From a virus, in UHGV virus genome UHGV-1488451: 38,329 bases of DNA; one strand, given 5' to 3'. Of this stretch, positions 31,239 to 37,727 are shown piece by piece. The translations under genes were made by a program, and so were the position numbers. The notes beneath the pieces are model-generated. The model saw nothing but the letters and a program-made list of their open reading frames with translations. It did no database searches and was not told the DNA's origin. Every line of letters begins with the position of its first letter. Position 1 is the stretch's first letter.

Positions 31239-32378
31239 TCAAAACGGGGGTTTTGCGGCGTTGGAATTGCCGAACCATACACGACTACCCGCCGAGGGGT
31301 TTTCGGGCGTGTGAGGCGGCAATGAGGGCGGATTTGGGGCATTCTCGTTTCGTCTGGCCGCCCGGAGTTGAGCGTATTCCGGTGGGAGGTCCACCGGCTC
31401 GGGGGGTGTCCGATGGTCGCATTTGCGGGCTACGCTGCGGTTTTCCGGCGAATCCGGGTCGATTCCTCGGGTCGGGACCAGGACAAAACCCCGCTCGTCG
31501 CACCACGGGCAAGCGTCGATTTCGGCGCGTCGTGCCTGCTTGGCTTGGGTTTTCTGGTCCTGGAACCAGCGTCTGGCGGCTGCGCAGGCCCCGCAGGGTG
31601 GCACCTGGTCGCGTGGCAGCCCGGCGTGTTCGCGGCATCGGGGGTCATCCGGCGTGGACCAATCGGCGGGTGTGTCGCCGGTCACGGTTGGGGTGTTGGG
31701 GGGCGGCGCGTCAGCGGCCGCCGAACCCTGGTCGAAACTCGGGGCGGGGGCGTGTGCGCTTGCGCTCTCGCTCGGAAGATTTTCTCTCTTAAGCTCCCCT
31801 TTATTGGTATTGGTCGGGCGCAGGTCCGGGCGCGCGCGTCGCGCGCGAGGAGTGGACATGCGGGTGGCGTCCGGGGTGGACATTTCGGCGTTTTCGCTGG
31901 TAGAGGAAAAATCGCTCGACCTATTCGGATTCATTTCGTTTTCATTTCGATTTCGATTCGCGTTCGATTCGGATTCATTTCGATTTCGATTCGGATTCAT
32001 TTCGCGTTCGGATAGGTCGAGCCTCCCTGTTTCAGTATCGGCGTTGCAGCCCCTCCTGCGGGCCTTTGACTCGCGTTCAATACGGCGTCGATTCGAGCGT
32101 TGTTCGCGGGTCTGCTGATAGTCCCCCCAGTCCCTAAAAGTGAACACGATCACACCATTTTCATTGACTGATTGCGTCCACAACCCCGCATCAACAAGCG
32201 CCTGAATCTGAACCGCGCTCCCCCGCAAAGCCCGCACCTGCTGACGAGGAATCACCCCATCAGTCTCAAATTCAGCGCACCAACTCCCAGCCTTCGCCCA
32301 TAAACCCACCGCAGCATTAGGAAGGGAGGAAATCTTAGGATGCGCATGAAAACGGTCGTCAATCATGAACCAGCTCAT
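31239..32378 (-). CDS. Putative replication initiator / DNA-binding protein with internal iteron-encoding low-complexity linker and Cys-rich C-terminus
   Basis: About 379 aa from ATG 32378 (MSWFMIDDRFHAHPK...GLWAKAGSWCAE... wHTH-like N-terminus). The linker is NPNRNRNESESNANRNRNENEMNPNR, and the C-terminus carries CGAC...CPWC motifs. Confidence 0.65.
   Translation of the reverse strand: MSWFMIDDRFHAHPKISSLPNAAVGLWAKAGSWCAEFETDGVIPRQQVRALRGSAVQIQALVDAGLWTQSVNENGVIVFTFRDWGDYQQTREQRSNRRRIERESKARRRGCNADTETGRLDLSEREMNPNRNRNESESNANRNRNENEMNPNRSSDFSSTSENAEMSTPDATRMSTPRARRARPDLRPTNTNKGELKRENLPSESASAHAPAPSFDQGSAAADAPPPNTPTVTGDTPADWSTPDDPRCREHAGLPRDQVPPCGACAAARRWFQDQKTQAKQARRAEIDACPWCDERGFVLVPTRGIDPDSPENRSVARKCDHRTPPEPVDLPPEYAQLRAARRNENAPNPPSLPPHTPENPSAGSRVWFGNSNAAKPPF
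31923..32010. repeat. Iteron-like repeats with 22-bp phasing (candidate origin of replication inside the replication gene)
   Basis: The 16-mer attcggattcatttcg occurs at 31923, 31967 and 31989 (spacing 44 and 22 nt). Degenerate copies and two cgcgttcg motifs lie between them. Confidence 0.6.
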
Positions 32379-32540
32379 TACGCACCGAGTCCAACATTCA
32401 AGCAGACAACACTGATTGACCTGCACGTTTCCTTATCCAGGAACAAGCCGTACCGGCGAACAGCGAAAATGGCGATGCCTTGCGGCGTGAACAAATTCAC
32501 CCATTCAGGTTTCGGGGCATTCATTTCCCTTATCTTTCAT

Positions 32541-32575
32541 CAAAACCACCCCCACAACACACGCTGCGGGGGTGG
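32541..32575 (-). terminator. Rho-independent terminator after ssb
   Basis: The minus strand reads ccaccccc-(14 nt)-gggggtgg followed by ttttg. Confidence 0.7.
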
Positions 32576-32590
32576 CAAAAACAAATACTG

Positions 32591-33028
32591 TTAGAACGGA
32601 GGTTCGCCCGTATCCTGCGGGGTGGCCGGGGGTGAAGAACCCCACGCGCCCCCCTGCTGAGAAGGCGCATACCCAGGGCGCGCCTGCGAACCAGCAACCT
32701 CAACATCAGCCACAGACTGCAACGCATCAACCGCCATGACCTTAATCATCGACCGTTGACTACCGTCCTTGGCTTCCCACTCCTCAGTGACCAGCTTTCC
32801 AACCACCGTGACCTTAGAACCCTTCCTCAGGTAGGACATTGGTTCAGCAGCCTCACCCCACAAGGTGACTTGGATGAACAACTGGTTTGTGGTCTCCCAC
32901 TCACCAGTCGGGGTTTTCCTGCTGTCGGAGCACGCGAGGCGGAAGGTGCTGCATGGTTTGCCGTTGGAGGTGAACCGGAGTTCAGGGTCGCTGACCAGTC
33001 TTCCGGGGAAATGCTGGTACGGAATCAT
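32591..33028 (-). CDS. ssb: Single-stranded DNA-binding protein
   Basis: 145 aa with OB-fold motifs (GRLVSDPELRFTSNGKP...VTLWGEAAE), a Gly/Pro/Gln-rich tail and a terminal acidic EPPF tip. Confidence 0.92.
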   Translation of the reverse strand: MIPYQHFPGRLVSDPELRFTSNGKPCSTFRLACSDSRKTPTGEWETTNQLFIQVTLWGEAAEPMSYLRKGSKVTVVGKLVTEEWEAKDGSQRSMIKVMAVDALQSVADVEVAGSQARPGYAPSQQGGAWGSSPPATPQDTGEPPF

Positions 33029-33894
33029 GGCATGCCTCCCTCGGCTTCGGCCGCGAGGGCTTCCATCTCAGCAAGGGTGTTGTAGCGCTCACTGTAGGCG
33101 TGCTCTGCGGCTTCGCGCTGCGGGTGATCGGCGGGGATTCCCCTGGCTTGCTCGGCCACCGTGTTCAGGTCGTCGATGCTGGCTGCGGTGTTGAATGCCG
33201 CGATGATGCTGTCAACGTCGATCTGTGGTGCCTGCTTGGATTCGAGGGCGGCTTTCACGCCTGAGGCGCCGCGCTGCTGGCGGGGCTTGTCGAGGCGTGT
33301 GGCCTTGGCCTGCACGCGGCTTTCCTCGAGCTGCAAATCCTCAGCCGTGTAGGTGATTCCCAACAACACGTCGGGGGCCAGTTTGCGGCACACCTCGGAT
33401 AGTGCCTTGGCGTAAAGCATGGCTTGCGGGTCGCTTTGGTACTTCTTGTTTGAGGTGTAGCCTGCACGCTTTGCCCGGTCGATGGTCCATGTACTGGTTT
33501 CCTGCTCACCCTTCGGCGAGGTTCCAGTCACCGTGACGCTTTCATCTGTGGACTCAATGGTGTCAAACCTGTAGCCGCGCGCCTTCAAAAGCCCAGACAT
33601 AGTGCGCGCGTAGATCGCGGGTGTGCCGTGCACAACGAAAATCTGCTGCAGGGACTGCAGGGGCTTCAACCCCAATTCAGCACCGTAGAGTATTGCCGCT
33701 GCTCCGTTTTCCGGCTTGCCCTTGTAGGTCTGTGGCACCATGTCGGTGCTGCACAATGCCACCGCTAGTTTGTGGGCGGTTTCCATTGCCTGTGCTTGCC
33801 GCATTAGCAGGTCTATGGCGTCGTCACTGACGTCGCCGGTGGGCATTACCTCAGCCTCGGCGGGTGGGGTGATGCGGTCGATTTCCTGGCTCAC
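33025..33894 (-). CDS. recT: RecT-family single-strand annealing recombinase
   Basis: 289 aa with VPQTYKGKPENGAAAILYGAELGLKPLQSLQQIFVVHGTPAIYA, typical of RecT. Confidence 0.88.
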   Translation of the reverse strand: MSQEIDRITPPAEAEVMPTGDVSDDAIDLLMRQAQAMETAHKLAVALCSTDMVPQTYKGKPENGAAAILYGAELGLKPLQSLQQIFVVHGTPAIYARTMSGLLKARGYRFDTIESTDESVTVTGTSPKGEQETSTWTIDRAKRAGYTSNKKYQSDPQAMLYAKALSEVCRKLAPDVLLGITYTAEDLQLEESRVQAKATRLDKPRQQRGASGVKAALESKQAPQIDVDSIIAAFNTAASIDDLNTVAEQARGIPADHPQREAAEHAYSERYNTLAEMEALAAEAEGGMP

Positions 33895-34322
33895 TGGTTG
33901 CCCTCCTTATTGGGGTTTACGACGTAGATTTCGTAGCCTCGGCCGTAGAACCCGTTGTCTTCGTAGCCTTTGGCGGTGATGATTTCGGTGGCCTTGACTT
34001 CAGACTCTGCCCACACGAACACTCGAACGATGTGGTCGCCGATTGCGTTGTAATCCTGGGTGAGGTCTTCTTCGGCGATCTTCACGCCGGTGATTGCATG
34101 GTCGTAGGGCGCAAGGCGGCTTATCCACCAGTTCCCCGCGCTGCAGCCTCCGCAGCCCTCGTTGCCTACGGTGTAAAGTCGGACACCGTTGTCGAGGATG
34201 AGGGCTTCATCGTCGTCATCGACTTCAACGATTTTACGGCCGATGAGAAGTTCTTTGAGGTCTTCGAGGCTTTCACCATCGATTTTCTTATCCCAGTCGC
34301 CTTCGTAGTGGTTGAAGGTCAT
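33891..34322 (-). CDS. Hypothetical protein (143 aa, CGGC motif)
   Basis: ORF with the SD aaaggag, lying between the exonuclease and recT. I recognise no family. Confidence 0.6.
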   Translation of the reverse strand: MTFNHYEGDWDKKIDGESLEDLKELLIGRKIVEVDDDDEALILDNGVRLYTVGNEGCGGCSAGNWWISRLAPYDHAITGVKIAEEDLTQDYNAIGDHIVRVFVWAESEVKATEIITAKGYEDNGFYGRGYEIYVVNPNKEGNQ

Positions 34323-34579
34323 TGTTCAAGCTCCTTTGCTTCCGTAATGCCGTCTTTGGTGAGCAGGTGGGTTACACCACGGGGGTGGTTGTCCATGTTG
34401 ATTGCGGCGGGCTGGAAAATCCCCACCCATTCGCCGCTTATGTGCTTTTTCACCAGGTCTTGGCACTGCATGTACGTTTCGGCCTGCACCGCCAAGATCA
34501 TGTCAGGGTGGGCGGGCGCCCACTCAGGGTGCGTGTTTTTACGGTACTTCTCGTGAAATATCACGTAAAGGGTTTTCAT
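34319..34579 (-). CDS. Hypothetical protein (86 aa)
   Basis: ORF translationally coupled to its neighbours. I recognise no family. Confidence 0.55.
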   Translation of the reverse strand: MKTLYVIFHEKYRKNTHPEWAPAHPDMILAVQAETYMQCQDLVKKHISGEWVGIFQPAAINMDNHPRGVTHLLTKDGITEAKELEQ

Positions 34580-35586
34580 AGCTTTGCTTTCAGGTTCGGG
34601 CGCAGCATGACCCCACCGCGTGAGGTTGCTGCGCGGGTAGCGATGGTGGTTTCACCCATGAGGGCTTTTTTGGCGTTGCCCATGCGGTCAAGCAGCCTGG
34701 TTTTCGCCGCTGTCGCTGCCTGCGCGGCGGCTTTCTCCATGCGCAGGGCGGTGAGGATTTCTTCGGCCTCGGCAGGGGTGAGCTGCACTTCCTCATCCGG
34801 GTTGATGTCCGTATGCAGGCCCCGCACTGTTTGGTAGGTGCTGGTCGTGTCATCAAGCGGCGGCGGAGTGTCTTCCTGCAGGGATGCCCACCAGCCTTTG
34901 GCCACGTCCACCAGCCCGTCGAACAGGTCAGCGTCCCAGGGGATTTCATGTTCCTCGGCTTGGTGGAACGGCCCCAGCACAAGAACACTTGCCTGGTGAA
35001 TGCCGCTGACTCCCATTTGCCACACCACTTGCGTGTGGTAATCCGCTGGCACACTGTCTGGTTCGCCGGGTTTCCCCCAGTCGTCGAGGCTTCTAGCGGT
35101 TTTGCATTCCAGGATTCGGAATGCCCTGCCCCTGCGTGCCCTGCGGTCGAGTGTGGCCAGGTTGGGGAATGGCAGGTCATCACGGGTGTAGGCGACTTCC
35201 CCGGCGTTTAGTTGCCATGTTTTGGGTTGGCGGCGTGCCCACCAGTCAGCTAGCGCCAACTCGGCGGCGTGCCCCCAGTCCGCAATGTCTTGTTTCATCG
35301 GGGTTGGCGGGATTCGGCCGGCCATTTCGTGCCACAGGGTGTATTGGCTGGTGAATCTGCTGACTCCGAGGATTGCTGGGATTTTCGACGCGGTGATCAT
35401 TCCCCGCCATTCGTCGGAGCCTGGCGGCGGGGGATTCTTGACGGTTCGGCTTGTCATCGTCACAGCACCAGGATTAGCGACAGTGTGAAGATCAGGGTGC
35501 ATAGCGCACCGAGGATTGCGATGCTGATGACTGGTGGTGGTTCTTGGAATCGTTGTGGGGGTTTGCGGTGGGTCATAGTAGTTCAC
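34576..35586 (-). CDS. YqaJ/lambda-exonuclease-like PD-(D/E)xK recombination exonuclease (start uncertain)
   Basis: GSDEWRGMITASKIPAILGVS...WGHAAE...LDRR...ILECKT motifs are present. The N-terminal ~45 aa of the track ORF look like low-complexity leader; the internal Met at aa 44 is possible. Confidence 0.85.
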   Translation of the reverse strand: MNYYDPPQTPTTIPRTTTSHQHRNPRCAMHPDLHTVANPGAVTMTSRTVKNPPPPGSDEWRGMITASKIPAILGVSRFTSQYTLWHEMAGRIPPTPMKQDIADWGHAAELALADWWARRQPKTWQLNAGEVAYTRDDLPFPNLATLDRRARRGRAFRILECKTARSLDDWGKPGEPDSVPADYHTQVVWQMGVSGIHQASVLVLGPFHQAEEHEIPWDADLFDGLVDVAKGWWASLQEDTPPPLDDTTSTYQTVRGLHTDINPDEEVQLTPAEAEEILTALRMEKAAAQAATAAKTRLLDRMGNAKKALMGETTIATRAATSRGGVMLRPNLKAKL

Positions 35587-35848
35587 CTACTTCGAATGTG
35601 CGGTCAATGTATTTGGTGGGGTTGAGTACGACATCGGCTAGGGTGTCGTGAAAGCCGCAGAGGAACAGGTCACTGTCCGGGGCTTGTTTGCGGTCGCAGC
35701 CGGTGTAACAGCATGTCTTCTCCTCTGCCCCTGGTTTTGGGCAGGGGTTGGGGGCTAGCATGAGTTCGATTTTCCGGCGGATTGCGGCTACCCTGCTCGG
35801 GGCTATTACCCTGCGCCCTGGGCGTTGGGGTGCCTCGTCGTCTAGCAT
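35573..35848 (-). CDS. Small Cys-rich hypothetical protein
   Basis: 91-aa ORF with C-x-(7)-CC-x3-C...C-x2-H, possibly zinc-binding. Confidence 0.55.
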   Translation of the reverse strand: MLDDEAPQRPGRRVIAPSRVAAIRRKIELMLAPNPCPKPGAEEKTCCYTGCDRKQAPDSDLFLCGFHDTLADVVLNPTKYIDRTFEVGELL

Positions 35849-35985
35849 GCTGTGAGGTCTTCCATGTGCAGCACGTCTATGAGGTTAACCAGGGCGTTTT
35901 TGATGTTCTGGTTGCTGTCGATCTCCGGCTGGTACACCTTGTGGAGGATGTGCACGGCGTCTTGGAGCTGTTCGAGTTTGCTCAT
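35842..35985 (-). CDS. Small hypothetical ORF (47 aa), not in the track
   Basis: It fills the gap between neighbouring genes. The product is MSKLEQLQDAVHILHKVYQPEIDSNQNIKNALVNLIDVLHMEDLTAC. Its stop overlaps the next ATG (atgctag). Confidence 0.45.
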   Translation of the reverse strand: MSKLEQLQDAVHILHKVYQPEIDSNQNIKNALVNLIDVLHMEDLTAC

Positions 35986-35988
35986 CAC

Positions 35989-36249
35989 TTATCCCACCCA
36001 CTCCCTGGCCATGAGGCCGAGCATGAACGCGACCAGCACCATCGCCCCGATGCTGAGTGCCCCGAGGATTTCCCCCACGGTCATTTCCTCATTGGTGGAG
36101 CCGTGTTTCGGTGCGCGGCTTTCGCGTTCGGTGAGCACCCCAACCGCGCGGGCAAGCGCGGTTTCCGGGTCGTTTTCTTTCGCCCTCATGGCTTGCCCCG
36201 CAGGGTGCCGAAGACGGGCAAGCTCATACTCAAACTGCTTATCGGTCAT
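35989..36249 (-). CDS. Small protein with C-terminal transmembrane segment
   Basis: 86 aa with the SD gaaggaa. The C-terminus ILGALSIGAMVLVAFMLGLMA is hydrophobic. Confidence 0.6.
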   Translation of the reverse strand: MTDKQFEYELARLRHPAGQAMRAKENDPETALARAVGVLTERESRAPKHGSTNEEMTVGEILGALSIGAMVLVAFMLGLMAREWVG

Positions 36250-36473
36250 GCTGTTTCCTTCATGTATTCAATGGCTGTGCGGTAGCTGATCAGGATGCGC
36301 GCTCCGGGGCGGCGTTGGCTTGCGGGGAGTTCGCCGGAGCGAATCAGGTTGCGGATGGTGCTGTGGTGGAACCCGGTTAGCCTGCAGAACTCTCCGACGG
36401 TGAGCCATGTTTTCTTTTCCCCGAACAGGGCTTCAATGTCGTCGAGGGTTTGCTTTTCGATTTGGTCTAGCAT
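36246..36473 (-). CDS. Excisionase-family helix-turn-helix DNA-binding protein (early operon)
   Basis: 75 aa. WLTVGEFCRLTGFHHSTIRNLIRSGELPA...ILISYRTAIEYM matches the excisionase-type HTH pattern. Confidence 0.75.
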   Translation of the reverse strand: MLDQIEKQTLDDIEALFGEKKTWLTVGEFCRLTGFHHSTIRNLIRSGELPASQRRPGARILISYRTAIEYMKETA

Positions 36474-37390
36474 TAGTTGCTCTCCTCAAACATGTCGTTG
36501 ATTGCGAAGAAGCCTTGGTTGCGTTCGATTGGGAGGTTTTTGCGTTCCCCGATGTTTTCCCGCCGGACTGTGACCGTGCCGAAGCAGTCGCCGTTGTTGG
36601 CGACGAATGGTGTGAGGGTGCTTTCGGTTGAGGTGGTGAGGATGGTGGCGTCTTTGATGTGCTTGATGCGTGTGGTGTTGATGCGCATTGGGGGCACAAT
36701 ATCGGGGGCTTTGGCGTTGAATGCGGCTTGCGCTCGGTGGATTACACCATCAATCCAGTCGTGTTTGCTTGCCCGGAACACGCGGTATTTCATTTGGTGT
36801 TTGGTTGCGGCGATGAGTTTACGGCGCGTGACGAACAGGGTGATTGACTGTTTTGATTTGGGGATTTTCGCCACCCATGTGTTGAGGATGTGCAGCTCTT
36901 CGGCGGGTAGCAGGATTTCCGTGTCGTGTGGGAGGCTGTCGTCAAGCATCCCCACCCTGTGTGTCACTGTGACGTTTTTATCTGTGGCGATGATGAACGC
37001 CTCGGAGTCCTTCACTATGAGCTTCATCTGCTGAACTTCATCATCCCCGTCGGTTTCCTTCGACGTCGCAACCGGATACACCGCAGCCAAAGCCTGCTTC
37101 AAAACCGGCTGCTCGCACCGCACAATCGCAAACCCGCGATCAAGGTTCTTGTCCTCCAGATCGCCCCGGAGAACCGCCCACTCGAACACCCCTTGCAGGT
37201 GCTCGAAGCGCGCGTCGATGAACTGCTTGCACTCGTCAGGCAGCATGCCGCGTTCAATCAGTTTGCCGGGGTTGTTCATCACCCATTGTTGAATGATCTT
37301 CTCGATGTCTTCGGTTTGGATGTTGAGCTTTGGGTATGCGCTTCGGAAGGCTTCGAGTGTTTCTTCGGTGGTGTAGGTATAGTGGGGCAT
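36473..37390 (-). CDS. Hypothetical early protein (305 aa); weak by-eye resemblance to a sliding-clamp-like repeated beta domain
   Basis: ATG 37390 follows a strong SD (ccaaggaggagaca). The track start at 37495 overlaps the terminator. The functional guess is low confidence. Confidence 0.6.
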   Translation of the reverse strand: MPHYTYTTEETLEAFRSAYPKLNIQTEDIEKIIQQWVMNNPGKLIERGMLPDECKQFIDARFEHLQGVFEWAVLRGDLEDKNLDRGFAIVRCEQPVLKQALAAVYPVATSKETDGDDEVQQMKLIVKDSEAFIIATDKNVTVTHRVGMLDDSLPHDTEILLPAEELHILNTWVAKIPKSKQSITLFVTRRKLIAATKHQMKYRVFRASKHDWIDGVIHRAQAAFNAKAPDIVPPMRINTTRIKHIKDATILTTSTESTLTPFVANNGDCFGTVTVRRENIGERKNLPIERNQGFFAINDMFEESN

Positions 37391-37407
37391 TGTCTCCTCC
37401 TTGGAGT

Positions 37408-37456
37408 CGAAAAGGGCACCTGAACCAGTGATTGGCGTTACAAGTTTCAGGTGCCC
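37408..37456 (-). terminator. Strong rho-independent terminator early in the early operon
   Basis: The minus strand reads gggcacctgaa-(21 nt)-ttcaggtgccc, an 11-bp perfect stem at 37414-37424 and 37446-37456, followed by ttttcgac. Confidence 0.8.
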
Positions 37457-37481
37457 GCGTTTGTGTGTGAAGGGTTTTAGG

Positions 37482-37727
37482 TTAGATGTTGACAAGATCG
37501 AACCACCCGACCAGGTAGTCTGAGTCGCCCATCATGGTTGCAATGCGGAGGGCGTCGGCGGCGGTGACGTATTTCCGGCCATGCCTAAAAAGCTCCAAAT
37601 CCGATACCTGGTATCCGAGTGTGGCCGCCAACCGTTCATCGGTGTTCAGGTTCAGCATGTGCGCAATGTTTTCTAGCGCGCCGCGCCGGAATCGGTATTT
37701 AGGCGCGGTCATTGTCATCACTGTCAT
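37482..37727 (-). CDS. Small HTH-like early regulator (Cro/antirepressor-position)
   Basis: 81 aa with the SD aaaggagaag. NLNTDERLAATLGYQVSDLELFRHGRKYVTAADALRIATMMG looks XRE-like. Confidence 0.6.
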   Translation of the reverse strand: MTVMTMTAPKYRFRRGALENIAHMLNLNTDERLAATLGYQVSDLELFRHGRKYVTAADALRIATMMGDSDYLVGWFDLVNI

